Assembly: GCF_018777395.1 (NCBI RefSeq)
Contig: NZ_JAFJYC010000002.1
Span: forward strand, 681,415-713,414
Reading direction: 5' to 3'
Source: Candidatus Sodalis endolongispinus
GTDB taxonomy: Bacteria; Pseudomonadota; Gammaproteobacteria; Enterobacterales; Enterobacteriaceae
DNA: 32,000 nucleotides
The position numbers and the translations under genes are program-made. Positions 10,390 through 20,292 of the stretch are shown here, piece by piece; position 1 is the stretch's first letter, and each line of letters opens with the position of its first letter. The notes under the pieces were generated by a model. That model saw nothing but the letters and a program-made list of their open reading frames with translations. It was not told the DNA's origin and searched no databases.

Positions 10390-10978
10390 CTCGCCTCCTG
10401 GCCGCGCGATAGCCAAGTTCACCCCTGGTGCGCGTAATGTCTATTAACCGCATCAGGCGCAGGTACCGCTCAGTATTGAGAGGCAGATCCTGCGCCAGAA
10501 CGCAAATTTCTGCACCCTTCCCCAGGCAAGGCTGCGCCTGCGAAGTTTAAAGCTGGCGGCATAGTCTCCACCCCGCACGGAAAGCGTGTTTTATTTGGCA
10601 TCATCGAGGCCCTCCCCGCCGATATAACAGAGAACAGGCCGTCAAGCGCGGGGCTTCCCTTTATGGCAATGATGATAGGGGGGGTTACGCCGGTTCCGGC
10701 TCCGGTAGTGATGAGAAGCCAAAACCAGCGTTCAAGTTCAAAGGTGGCAAACCCGGTTCGATTGATCTCGTCAAACGTGGCGTTTATGCCGTTGATAAGT
10801 CGACGGTGCGGCACGTTTCGTCATGCCATCGCCGGCCTGCGCGCAGCGAAAACGGCTAAACGGTCACCGCGTCGCCTTTTTCGTTTACTGCGCAGTTTTC
10901 TGTTTCTGCTTATATACTACGGTGAACAAGGTTAATAAAAACATGATAAATTAACTGCTTCACTACAGGGGACATAGG

Positions 10979-12760
10979 ATGTTAGCCACGAAATCTGCGT
11001 TGTTGCGCCGTGCCTTGATGCGTTGCCTGCTGATGTCCGGTATCGCCTCGCTGTCTGGCCTCGCCTTTGGCGCGCCGGCCGCGCATAGCCAGATCGTTGG
11101 CGCTCCCCTGCCGGGACAGCCTTTCCCTGCCCATGTTCAGCCTTACTTTTCCCGGGAGATCACGGCGCTTTATGCCGCGCGCCAGGATGCGCCGATGTGG
11201 CAGGACCGGGCGGCGGTGCAGCATTTTCAGCAGCAATTGGCGGAACTGGCGCTGTCGGGCGTACAGCCGCAATTCACCACCTGGGCGCAATGGCTCACGG
11301 ACTCGCGTATCACCGGTCTAGCGCGGGATAAGATTCTGTCCGACGCCATGCTGGGCTACCTGCAATTTACCAACGGCGTCGGCGCCAACGGCGAAAGATG
11401 GCTGTACGGCAACGCGCCCTACCAGCTGGCGTTGCCGCCGCGCGTGCTGATTGAACGCTGGCAAAATGCCCTCAATGACGGCAGACTGGACGCCTTTGTC
11501 AGCGGCCTGGTGCCGCAGCATCCCCAATACGCCAAAATGCATCAGGCGTTGAAAACCATCCTGGCCGATAATCACCCCTGGCCGCAGTTGACCGGCAGCG
11601 CCAGCCTGCGTCCCGGCCAACTCAGCGACGACATTCCAGCGCTGCGCGAAATGTTGCAGCGCACCGGTATGCTCCAGCCTGGCGATGTCGCGCCGCTGCC
11701 GACGGTAGATGCGGCGCCGGCCAATCCGCCTGCTTCACAACCGGTCAGCCCCGATCCGCCGCCGGCGGTGGTAAGCCCCGCCGCCGCGGAGCTTACGCCC
11801 ACGCCCTCCAGCGATAATCCGGCAGTGGTCGCCACGGTGGATGTACAGGACAAAATGTATTCGCCCGATCTGGTGGCGGCTGTGAAACGCTTTCAAAACT
11901 GGCAGGGGCTAGGGGACGATGGCGTGATCGGCCGCCAGACGCGTAACTGGCTTAACGTTTCTCCGCAGACCCGGGTCACGCTGTTGGCACTGAACATTCA
12001 GCGTTTACGTTTGCTCAATAACCGCATCAATACCGGCATTTTGGTGAATATCCCCAATTACTCCCTTGTCTATTATCAGCAAGGAGCGGAGGTGTTATCC
12101 TCGCGGGTGATCGTCGGTCGTCCCAGCCGCAAAACGCCTCTGATGCGCAGCGCATTGAGCAGCGTGGTGCTAAACCCGCCCTGGAATGTGCCCACTTCGC
12201 TGGTGCGTCAGGACATTTTGCCGAAAGCGTTACGCGATCCGGGGTATTTACCGCGTAACGACTTCACCATCTTGTCGGGCTGGAACAGCGATGCCGCCGT
12301 AGTAAACCTGGCCAGCATTGACTGGAATATCGTGACCCCCAACCATTTCCCTTACCGTCTGCAGCAGGCGCCGGGCCCGAAGAACGCCTTGGGCCGCTAT
12401 AAATTCAATATGCCCAGCTCGGATGCCATTTATCTGCACGATACGCCTAATCATAATTTGTTCGGTCAGGATCAGCGCGCGCTCAGCTCTGGCTGTGTTC
12501 GAGTGAATAAGGCGACGGTGTTGGCCAACATGCTATTGCAGGACGCCGGTTGGGGCGATGCGCGTGTCAGCGCGACGCTTAAGCAGGGCAATACCACCTA
12601 TGTGCCGATTCGCCATAAAATTCCGGTCAATCTGTTTTATCTGACCGCTTGGGTCGCAGACGATGGGAAGCCGCAATTCCGCTCAGATATTTACAATTAT
12701 GATACCCCCACCCAAAAGGGCGCAAGGAGCCTGCCGCAAGCGCAACGGCTGCTGCAATAA
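10979..12760 (+). CDS. ldtD: L,D-transpeptidase LdtD (YcbB)
   Basis: 593-aa ORF with a signal-like N-terminus. It has the PG-binding motif [29 protein letters not shown] and the YkuD catalytic region [12 protein letters not shown]...LSSGCVRV. It sits after mukB as in K-12. Confidence 0.9.
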   Translation: MLATKSALLRRALMRCLLMSGIASLSGLAFGAPAAHSQIVGAPLPGQPFPAHVQPYFSREITALYAARQDAPMWQDRAAVQHFQQQLAELALSGVQPQFTTWAQWLTDSRITGLARDKILSDAMLGYLQFTNGVGANGERWLYGNAPYQLALPPRVLIERWQNALNDGRLDAFVSGLVPQHPQYAKMHQALKTILADNHPWPQLTGSASLRPGQLSDDIPALREMLQRTGMLQPGDVAPLPTVDAAPANPPASQPVSPDPPPAVVSPAAAELTPTPSSDNPAVVATVDVQDKMYSPDLVAAVKRFQNWQGLGDDGVIGRQTRNWLNVSPQTRVTLLALNIQRLRLLNNRINTGILVNIPNYSLVYYQQGAEVLSSRVIVGRPSRKTPLMRSALSSVVLNPPWNVPTSLVRQDILPKALRDPGYLPRNDFTILSGWNSDAAVVNLASIDWNIVTPNHFPYRLQQAPGPKNALGRYKFNMPSSDAIYLHDTPNHNLFGQDQRALSSGCVRVNKATVLANMLLQDAGWGDARVSATLKQGNTTYVPIRHKIPVNLFYLTAWVADDGKPQFRSDIYNYDTPTQKGARSLPQAQRLLQ

Positions 12761-12852
12761 GCCGCTGACCGCCGGCGAGTTTTCCAGGCCGGCCGGTTGC
12801 GCGCCTTTATAGACTACTTTGTGAGCTTTTGCAAATCCTGACGCTTGAGTGA

Positions 12853-12881
12853 TTGACGTTGCCCGGCCAGGCGGTTATGGT
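12853..12881 (+). promoter_or_regulatory. candidate sigma70 promoter for mepK
   Basis: ttgacg at 12853-12858, a 17-nt spacer, then tatggt at 12876-12881, about 55 nt upstream of the mepK start. This is a pattern match only. Confidence 0.25.
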
Positions 12882-12939
12882 TCGGTCGGTGCGCTAATGT
12901 GCATTTGTTCATCAACTCTGCCGACTGGTTACATTGCCC

Positions 12940-13488
12940 ATGGATCATATTAATCATCTACGCCGCCGATTGCTGGTGTTCGGTACGGCTGCCGCCGGAC
13001 TGGCGCTGCTGCCCGGCAGTGCTTTCGCCACGCTTTCCACGCCCCGAGCACGCATGCTTACCTTGAATAATTTGCATACCGGTGAAACGTTGAAAACGGA
13101 ATTTTTTAATGGTAAGAGCTATGATCAAAGCGAGTTGAGCCGGTTGAATCATTTTTTCCGCGATTATCGCGCCAACAAGATAACCGACATTGACCCCGGT
13201 CTTTTTGAACACCTTTATCGTATACAAACGGCGCTGCAAACCAATAAACCGGTGCAGCTGATTTCCGGCTATCGGACCGTTCACACCAATAATTCACTAC
13301 GGGCCAAGAGCGAGGGCGTGGCCAAGCACAGTTACCACACCCTGGGTAAAGCGATGGATTTTCATATTGAAGGCACCCCGCTCAGCATGATCCGCAAAGC
13401 GGCGCTCAAGCTGCGCATGGGCGGCGTGGGTTACTATCCGCGCAGTAATTTCGTTCATATAGACACAGGGCCGGCGCGCACCTGGTAG
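12940..13488 (+). CDS. mepK: peptidoglycan L,D-endopeptidase MepK (YcbK, peptidase M15 family), Tat-signal bearing
   Basis: It starts MDHINHLRRRLLVFGTAAAGLALLPGSAFATLSTPRARMLTLNNLHTGE, with a twin-arginine motif. It also contains VQLISGYR, HSYHTLGKAMDFHI and YYPRSNFVHIDTGPARTW, collinear with E. coli YcbK at 182 aa. The track ORF begins two codons earlier at TTG 12934. Confidence 0.85.
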   Translation: MDHINHLRRRLLVFGTAAAGLALLPGSAFATLSTPRARMLTLNNLHTGETLKTEFFNGKSYDQSELSRLNHFFRDYRANKITDIDPGLFEHLYRIQTALQTNKPVQLISGYRTVHTNNSLRAKSEGVAKHSYHTLGKAMDFHIEGTPLSMIRKAALKLRMGGVGYYPRSNFVHIDTGPARTW

Positions 13489-13562
13489 GGGCGAGCATTT
13501 CCTGTCAACATCACCGCCGTTTCGCCGTATAATCTGGTGTAAAGGGTTTGACAGGATAGAGT

Positions 13563-14192
13563 ATGAAATATCACATTATGCCGGTAACGGCATTCAGCCA
13601 AAATTGTTCTGTGGTTTGGTGCGAACAGACTGGTGAAGTGGCGCTGGTGGATCCCGGCGGCGAAGCGCAGCGGCTGCGTCAGGAAGTGGCGACGCTCGGG
13701 GTGACGGTTAAAGAGATATGGCTGACCCACGGCCACCTGGATCATGTCGGCGCCGCCAGTGAGCTGGCGGCGTTCTATGCGGTGCCCATCATCGGCCCCC
13801 ATCGTGATGAAGAGCCGCTGCTGGTGAGTCTGCCGGGGCAGTGCCAAATGTTCGGCGTAGAGCGGATTCCGCCGTTGACGCCTGACCGCTGGCTGACGGA
13901 CGGCGCAACGGTGAGCGTTGGCTCGCTGTCATTCAAAGTGCTGCATTGCCCCGGCCATTCTCCGGGGCATGTGGTGTTCTGGAATAAAGCCGCGAAGTTC
14001 ATGTTGATAGGCGACGTGCTGTTTAATGGCGGCATTGGCCGCACCGATCTGCCCGGTGGCGATATGCCGACGCTGATGCGTTCGATTCATCATCAGCTTA
14101 TGCCGCTGGCGGATGATATTGCTTTTTTGCCCGGCCACGGTCCGATGTCGACGCTGGGCCACGAGCGACGCACCAATCCCTTCTTGCAGTAG
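13563..14192 (+). CDS. gloC: metallo-beta-lactamase fold hydrolase GloC (YcbL, glyoxalase II-like)
   Basis: 209-aa ORF starting MKYHIMPVTAFSQNCSVVWC. It has the THGHLDHVG metal-binding motif, HCPGHSPGHV and a C-terminal GHGPMSTLGHERRTNPFL. The position is syntenic. Confidence 0.85.
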   Translation: MKYHIMPVTAFSQNCSVVWCEQTGEVALVDPGGEAQRLRQEVATLGVTVKEIWLTHGHLDHVGAASELAAFYAVPIIGPHRDEEPLLVSLPGQCQMFGVERIPPLTPDRWLTDGATVSVGSLSFKVLHCPGHSPGHVVFWNKAAKFMLIGDVLFNGGIGRTDLPGGDMPTLMRSIHHQLMPLADDIAFLPGHGPMSTLGHERRTNPFLQ

Positions 14193-14464
14193 CCGGCCAT
14201 CGAGAGATTCATGCTCGCTGCCCGTTGAGGCTGATACCGCGCGCGGGCCTATCCCTTTATTGTGGCGCCTCGTCCTGATAACGTACTGACGTACTGACCT
14301 ATGCGATGGGGATGTTGGGGATACGGTTCTGATGGGGGTAACAGGTCCTGACCTGAAAGCATTCAGGGTCCAGGGCGCACCGGTTCGGGGCCCGCTCAAC
14401 GGCTCAGGTTTCACCCGGCAGACGGACGCGCCGCCGCGGCGCGCCACCTACCACCGGCCGGCGA

Positions 14465-15655
14465 TTAGAACACCGCTACGATCGCCTCGCACAGCGGCGC
14501 CATATTATCCGGCGTCATTCCGGCGACGTTGATACGGCCCGAATTCACTACATAAATACCCGACTGGTCACGCAGCTTAAGTACCTGTTGCTGTGTCAGT
14601 CCGCTGAAAGAGAACATGCCATTCTGCCGGTTGATAAAGCTGAAGTCCTGCCGCGCACCCTTATCCAAAAGCGTATTGACGAACAGCTGACGCATACGCT
14701 GGATCCTTTCACGCATACCCCTCAGCTCTTGCTCCCACATGGCGCGCAGTACGTCGTCGGCCAAAATGGTGGTAACAACGGCAGCACCGTGCGCCGGCGG
14801 GTTGGAGTAATTGGCGCGGATGATGGCTTTTAGCTGGCTGAAGGCGCGATCGGCAATCGCGCTGTCGGGCGCAATCAGGGTACAGGCACCGACGCGTTCA
14901 TTATACAGACCAAAGTTTTTTGAATAGGAGCTGCACACGATGAGCTCTTGATGCGCTTCGCAGAAAATACGCAAGCCTGCCGCATCGCCTTCCAGGCCGT
15001 GAGCGAAGCCCTGATAGGCAAAATCGAACAGCGGCAGCCAGCCCTGACGGGCCGACAGTGCAGCCAAATCACGCCACTGCTGCTCGCTGGGATCGATACC
15101 GGTCGGGTTGTGGCAACAGCTGTGAAATAAGACCGCATCGCCGGCCCGTGCTTGGCTCAGGCTTGCCAGCATTGCCGTGAAATCAAGCGTATGCGTCACC
15201 GCGTCATAGTAGGCGTAATCGCATACCTCCAGACCTGCGGCGCTGAAAACGTTCTTGTGATTCGGCCAACTGGGGTTGCTAACCCAAACGCGGCGCACGG
15301 CGGTATTATGCGCCAGAAAATCCGCAGCCACGCGCAGGGCGCCGGTACCGCCGGGGGTTTGGGCGCTTCGCGCCCGCGCGTCGGCGATGAGGGTGCTGTC
15401 AGCGCCGAACAGCAGACGCTGCGTGCCTGCGGCGAGAGCCGCCAGACCATCGATGCCAAGATAGTTTTTGCTCGTTTCATTTTCCAGCAGCAGCGCTTCC
15501 GCTTTTTTTACGCTGGTCAGCACCGGCGTATTACCGGTTTCATCCTTGTAAACGCCGATACCGAGGTTGATTTTGCCGGGGCGATCATCGGCGCGAAAGA
15601 CATCCAGCAGGCCGAGAATCGGGTCCGCTGGTGCGACCGGGATAGATTCAAACAT
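14465..15655 (-). CDS. aspC: aspartate aminotransferase
   Basis: From ATG 15655 the product is 396 aa, the same as E. coli AspC. It starts [46 protein letters not shown] and contains [15 protein letters not shown] (PLP lysine region) and [20 protein letters not shown]. The track ORF start at 15670 adds 5 unsupported codons. Confidence 0.95.
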   Translation of the reverse strand: MFESIPVAPADPILGLLDVFRADDRPGKINLGIGVYKDETGNTPVLTSVKKAEALLLENETSKNYLGIDGLAALAAGTQRLLFGADSTLIADARARSAQTPGGTGALRVAADFLAHNTAVRRVWVSNPSWPNHKNVFSAAGLEVCDYAYYDAVTHTLDFTAMLASLSQARAGDAVLFHSCCHNPTGIDPSEQQWRDLAALSARQGWLPLFDFAYQGFAHGLEGDAAGLRIFCEAHQELIVCSSYSKNFGLYNERVGACTLIAPDSAIADRAFSQLKAIIRANYSNPPAHGAAVVTTILADDVLRAMWEQELRGMRERIQRMRQLFVNTLLDKGARQDFSFINRQNGMFSFSGLTQQQVLKLRDQSGIYVVNSGRINVAGMTPDNMAPLCEAIVAVF

Positions 15656-15754
15656 GGGAAGTGTGTCCAAACGTCACAGTGTGCGAAAAGTGCTATCAGG
15701 TTACCGTTACCAGAGCCCTTTGCCAACCGTTTGCCGCACATTTTTCAGAGTAGA

Positions 15755-15788
15755 CAAAAAAAGAAGGCAGGGTATAAACCCTGCCTTC
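15755..15788 (-). terminator. rho-independent terminator of ompF
   Basis: On the minus strand the sequence is gaaggcaggg-tttata-ccctgccttc. This is a 10-bp perfect stem, followed by TTTTTTTT (plus-strand A-run 15755-15762). It lies about 40 nt after the ompF stop. Confidence 0.75.
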
Positions 15789-15826
15789 GCTATCCTAACT
15801 TTCAGCCTTAAGCGGCTGGAAAGGGA

Positions 15827-16844
15827 TTAGAACTGGTAGACCAGACCCAGAGCAACGGTGTCGCCGCTGCCAATGCCCAGCTCGTTGTCGCTATCAATCT
15901 GGTTGATGATGTAGTCAACATAGGTGGACATGTTTTTGTTGAAGTAGTAGGTGGCGCCCACTTCAACGTATTTGATCAGGTCAACATCACCCACGCCTTC
16001 GATGTCTTTACCTTTCGACTGAACGTAGGCAACAGACGGGCGCAAACCGAAGTCGAACTGGTACTGAGCAACCAATTCAATCAGCTGGGTCTTGTTAGCA
16101 AAACCGGTAGCGTCAGCGCCATTGATTTGCAGGTTGGAGTTGGTGATTTTCGCTGCCGTTAGCGTAGAAAGCGTTCTGCTGTGCATCGGTACGGTCAGAT
16201 GAAGCATAAGCACCGACAATGCCAACCCCGATCGGCGAGGTGTAGCTGGTAGACGCGCCCCAGCCGTCGCCGTTGGCACGACGAATTTCGTCACGATCAT
16301 TCTTGCCCTGGTACTGTACTGCGAAATCCCAGCCGTCAACCAAGCCGAAGAAGTTGGTGTTACGGTAGGTAGCAACACCGGTGGTACGACCCACCATGAA
16401 GTTGTCGCTATAGCCTGAGTCACCGCCGAATTCCGGCAGCATGTCGGTCCAGCCGATAGCGTCGTACACTACGCCGTAGTTACGGCCGTAATCGAATGAA
16501 CCGGCATCGCCGAATTTCAGACCGGCGAACGCCAGACGGGTTTTGTTGCCGTCCTGTGCGTCGGTGTTGCTTTCGTAGTTGTTGCCCTGGAAGTTGTATT
16601 CCCACTGGCCGAAACCGGTCAGCTGGTCGGTAATTTGAGTTTCACCTTTGAAGCCGAGACGGGCATAAGTCTGATCGCCGTCACCGCCGTAGCTGTTGTC
16701 GCTGTGGGAGAAGTAGTGCAGGCCGACAGCCTTACCGTAGATGTCTAATTTATTGACATCTTTGTTATATACTTCGGCCGCGTTAGCGGCACCGGCAGCC
16801 AACAAGGCCGGAATTGCCACTGCAAGAAGATTGCGCTTCATCAT
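15827..16844 (-). pseudogene. ompF: OmpF-type general porin, frameshifted
   Basis: The N-terminal part starts at ATGATG 16844/16841 and reads [45 protein letters not shown]...[29 protein letters not shown]...PEFGGD...[11 protein letters not shown], then stops at 16113-16115. The C-terminal part is in another frame and reads [34 protein letters not shown]...[42 protein letters not shown], ending at 15827. The total span is 1018 nt (3n+1). Confidence 0.85.
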
Positions 16845-17045
16845 TATTACTACCCTCATTGGTGTTATCCGGACACCTGCCGCTGCCGCTAATAATTTCT
16901 TACGAAACATTATTGAGAGTTTGGTGTCTTCCTGTGTCTGCACGCAGTGTTCCATTCACAGAGTCGTTAATCTACCCCGAAAATGATACAAATGTCGTAA
17001 TAATGTTTCAGTGGGAAAAAATGTATGTCTAAATATAATTTTTAG
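16845..17045 (-). promoter_or_regulatory. ompF 5' UTR and upstream regulatory region (OmpR-box-like A/T-rich repeats)
   Basis: The minus strand reads gtgaatggaacactgcgtgcagacacaggaagacaccaaactctcaataatgtttcgtaa...ggcagcggcaggtgtc...accaatgagggtagtaataATGATG. It closely parallels my recollection of the E. coli ompF promoter-proximal and 5' UTR sequence, including the SD/start segment targeted by MicF. Upstream, tgaaacattattacgacatttgtatcatttt (16980-17010) resembles OmpR half-sites of the GAAACA/ACATTT type. Confidence 0.5.
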
Positions 17046-17071
17046 GGAACTTTGTGAGATATCTCTAACTT

Positions 17072-17102
17072 TGAAATAAGAAAGGCCAGCAGAGCTGGCC
17101 TT
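17072..17102 (-). terminator. rho-independent terminator of asnS
   Basis: On the minus strand aaggccagc-tct-gctggcctt forms a 9-bp stem, followed by tcttatttc. It lies about 45 nt after the asnS stop. Confidence 0.65.
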
Positions 17103-17144
17103 AGTGTCGTATATATATGTTTTTCTTATATTAAATACCGGATT

Positions 17145-18545
17145 TTAGAAATTGGCATTGCGTGGACTTCGCGGGAAGGGTATTACATCACGAATATTTT
17201 GCATTCCTGTGACATAAACTATTAATCTCTCGAAACCTAATCCAAAACCAGAATGCGGAACGGTTCCATAGCGGCGTAAATCACGATACCACCAATAATC
17301 TTCCTCGTTGAGGCCCATTTCCGCCAAACGCAGGTCCAGCCGGTCCAGGCGCTCTTCACGCTGCGAACCGCCGATGATTTCGCCGATGCCGGGTGCCAGC
17401 ACATCCATGGCCGCGACAGTTTTGCTGTCGTCGTTCATCCGCATGTAAAACGCCTTGATATCTTTGGGATAATTCTTCACCACCACCGGCGCCTTAAAAT
17501 GTTTTTCCGCCAGATAGCGTTCATGTTCCGAAGATAAGTCAATGCCCCAGGAAACCGGGTTTTCAAATGTCTGGCCGCAGTTTTGCAGAATGCTTACCGA
17601 CTCGGTGTAGTTTACCTGCGCAAAATCTGCACTAATAAAGTGTTTCAGACGGTTTACCGCCTCTTTGTCCACGCGCTCGGCGAAGAATTGCATATCGTCA
17701 GCGCGCTCGGTCAATACCGCCTGAAAGACATATTTAAGCATGGCTTCCGCTAAACCGGCGGCATCGTCCAGGGTAGCAAACGCCACCTCCGGCTCGACCA
17801 TCCAGAATTCGGCAAGATGGCGGCTGGTATTGGAATTTTCCGCCCGGAACGTCGGGCCGAAGGTATAGATTTTCGACAGCGCACAGGAGTAACTTTCGCC
17901 GTTCAACTGCCCTGAAACCGTCAAGAAGGCCTCTTTACCGAAGAAATCCTCATCGTAATTGACATTGCCGTCGGTGGTGCGTGGCAGATTTTCCAGATCG
18001 AGAGTGGACACGCGGAACATTTCGCCGGCGCCTTCCGTATCGGAAGCGGTAATCAACGGCGTCGACACCCAGAAAAAACCTTGCTCGTCCATGAAACGGT
18101 GAATAGCCTGCGCCAGAGTATGACGCACCCGGGCCACGGCGCCGATAAGGTTGGTGCGCGGCCGCAGATGAGCGACCTCACGCAGATATTCCACGCTGTG
18201 GCGTTTGGCCGCCATGGGGTAGGTGTCCGGATTGTCCACCCAGCCGAGCACCTCAATCACCTGCGCCTGAATTTCGTAACGCTGCCCGCCGCCCTGGGAT
18301 TCGACCACCCGGCCGGTCACCGACACGGAACAACCGGCGGTCAGGCGTAAAATGTCGTTCTGATAATTCGGCAGAGTATTATTAATGACAGCCTGTAAGG
18401 GATCGAAGCAGGAACCGTCATAGACGGCAAGAAAGGAGATTCCGGCTTTGGAATCCCGGCGGGTACGCACCCAACCCTGTACAGTGACTTCACTGTCAGC
18501 CGGCATGCGCCCTTGCAGTACATCGACTACAGGCACTACGCTCAT
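17145..18545 (-). CDS. asnS: asparagine--tRNA ligase
   Basis: 466-aa ORF, the same length as E. coli AsnRS. It starts [46 protein letters not shown] and contains the class II motifs [21 protein letters not shown] and [15 protein letters not shown]. Confidence 0.97.
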   Translation of the reverse strand: MSVVPVVDVLQGRMPADSEVTVQGWVRTRRDSKAGISFLAVYDGSCFDPLQAVINNTLPNYQNDILRLTAGCSVSVTGRVVESQGGGQRYEIQAQVIEVLGWVDNPDTYPMAAKRHSVEYLREVAHLRPRTNLIGAVARVRHTLAQAIHRFMDEQGFFWVSTPLITASDTEGAGEMFRVSTLDLENLPRTTDGNVNYDEDFFGKEAFLTVSGQLNGESYSCALSKIYTFGPTFRAENSNTSRHLAEFWMVEPEVAFATLDDAAGLAEAMLKYVFQAVLTERADDMQFFAERVDKEAVNRLKHFISADFAQVNYTESVSILQNCGQTFENPVSWGIDLSSEHERYLAEKHFKAPVVVKNYPKDIKAFYMRMNDDSKTVAAMDVLAPGIGEIIGGSQREERLDRLDLRLAEMGLNEEDYWWYRDLRRYGTVPHSGFGLGFERLIVYVTGMQNIRDVIPFPRSPRNANF

Positions 18546-18777
18546 AAAATACTCTCTTACTCAGTTAATAGAAAAAGGCTTTGGTCCCGCTAACGGACCA
18601 TAATATGTTACCTGGCGGCGGCAAGACCACAAGGGGAAATCGCATATTTCTGGCGGTAATCTTGCTTTCAACGCGCATTGGGGGAGGGAAACCGCGGTGG
18701 CGGCGGGTCATGACCCCCGTGGGGCGGTCATGACAAACGGGGCGAAGCGGGGTGCCTGGGGGCGGCCTGGTGTGGGT

Positions 18778-19986
18778 TCAACTGGCCTTTTTCACCACTA
18801 ACGGCAGGTCGAAAGCTTTACGTAAGGCGCGGACAAAGGCTTTGTCGTGACACATTGTTTTGCCGGATCTGTCCGACAGCTTCGCCACCGGTTTGCCGTT
18901 GCATTCTACCAGTTTGATGACGATGTTAAGCGGCTTGATGGACGGAATATCACACGTCAGCCGCGTGCCGATGCCGAACACCAGATTGATGCGCTGCCAG
19001 AAATGACGATAAAGCATGACGGCCTTATCAAAATCGAGGCTGTCGGAGAACACCAGCGTTTTGGTGTGCGGATCAATACCCAACTGCTGATAATGCGCAA
19101 TCGCTTTCTCACCCCATTCCACTGGATCGCCTGAATCGTGGCGCAGGCCTTGGTAGGCGCGGGCGAACGACGGCCCGAAGTCGCGCAAAAACGCGTCCAT
19201 AGTAATGCAGTCGGTAAGCGCGATCCCCAGCCTGTCGGGGTACTCGTCCAGCCAAGCCTGCAGCGCGGCACGCTGGCTGTTAGCCAGACTCGGACTGATC
19301 TGCTGATGTGCCTGAAACCATTCATGCGCCTGAGTACCGACCGGCGGCAAGCCGCCTTCCCGCGCCAACTGATAATTGCTGGTGCCGATAAGGTAAGGAA
19401 ATTCCCGCTGCAGTTCGGCGACAACCTCAAACTGCACCTGACGCGAAAAGCGCCGGCGGGTACCGAAATCCATCAGCCGGAAACGGGAGGTGTCAAGATC
19501 TTCGCTGATGCGGCGGAAATGGAGCTGTTTCTGCCTCCGCCGTGCCACCGCCTCCGCCGTCGTTACCTGTGGTGAGCGGCGGCGGTGCACCACTTCGCTG
19601 ATGACCGCGAGCAGCGGCACTTACCACAAGATGACGTCGCGCCAGGGACAGGTAATGCGAATATCAAGTTTACCATGATGATTGCGTATCCGTACCTGGT
19701 CCGGGTTAAAACGGAATTGGCGCAGCCAGTTAAGATAGTCACTTTGGAAAAACGGCAGACCGCGCAGGTAGGTAAATTCATCGTCATTCAATTGCAAGCT
19801 ACGCATCATCTCGACCTGCGCACTGATGTCGGCGGCGTATTCGCCAAGCAAGTCGTCCCCCCGGCAGCGAAATTCCGCGCTGACCGTCACGTCATGATAG
19901 CGGTGGAAAACGGCCTGCTGCATATGGAGTTTGTAGGCATCTGTATCGAGTATCGACGTTAAAATCGGATCGGTGGCAACATTCAT
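18778..19986 (-). pseudogene. pncB: nicotinate phosphoribosyltransferase interrupted by one in-frame TAA
   Basis: The upstream part reads [33 protein letters not shown]...[17 protein letters not shown], then TAA (plus-strand tta at 19621-19623). It continues in the same frame as [12 protein letters not shown]...[11 protein letters not shown]...[16 protein letters not shown]...[20 protein letters not shown]...[15 protein letters not shown]. coli PncB has Glu at the stop position (REVILWEVPLLAV). The start is uncertain between ATG 19986 and ATG 20001. Confidence 0.85.
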
Positions 19987-20292
19987 GGTGCGTTCAAGCA
20001 TCCTCTTACGACATCTGTTCTCAGTCGGATAAAGGGGTAACGGCCATGAAAAGCCGCGGTTATCCTATAAGTGTAGTCACATCAGAGCATAGTTGGCGTG
20101 ATAACGTCGAGGACCAAACGTGCCGTCCCGCGGGTTAGTTGCCCGGTAAAATGCCAGGTTTTTCCGCCAGCTCGCGCTATTTTTCAACGAACGCTGCATT
20201 TTAGCGTGCTTGCCGGTCTTTACAATGGCAACCTGCCGCTAACAGGAATAGACTTAACGGCAGAAATCGACACTGATGCCTAAAGGTTAACT

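Noticed and set aside
10663-10935. 90-aa plus-strand ORF in the mukB-ldtD spacer
   Set aside because: The product is highly basic and Arg/Ser/Leu-rich (…RRLFRLLRSFLFLLIYY). There is no SD, and it overlaps the equally doubtful minus-strand ORF. I treat it as noise inside the unexplained spacer.
14281-14296. 8-bp tandem repeat ACGTACTG x2 in the gloC-aspC convergent spacer
   Set aside because: It is too short and isolated to indicate a repeat family or regulatory array. It is most simply a small slippage duplication in non-coding DNA.
15152-15811. 219-aa plus-strand ORF antisense to aspC
   Set aside because: It is a shadow of the well-supported aspC gene with no motif support.
19621-19623. 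Programmed recoding (selenocysteine or readthrough) at the pncB internal stop
   Set aside because: The codon is TAA, not TGA. I noticed no SECIS-like hairpin immediately downstream. The orthologous residue is an ordinary glutamate. A nonsense mutation is the parsimonious reading.
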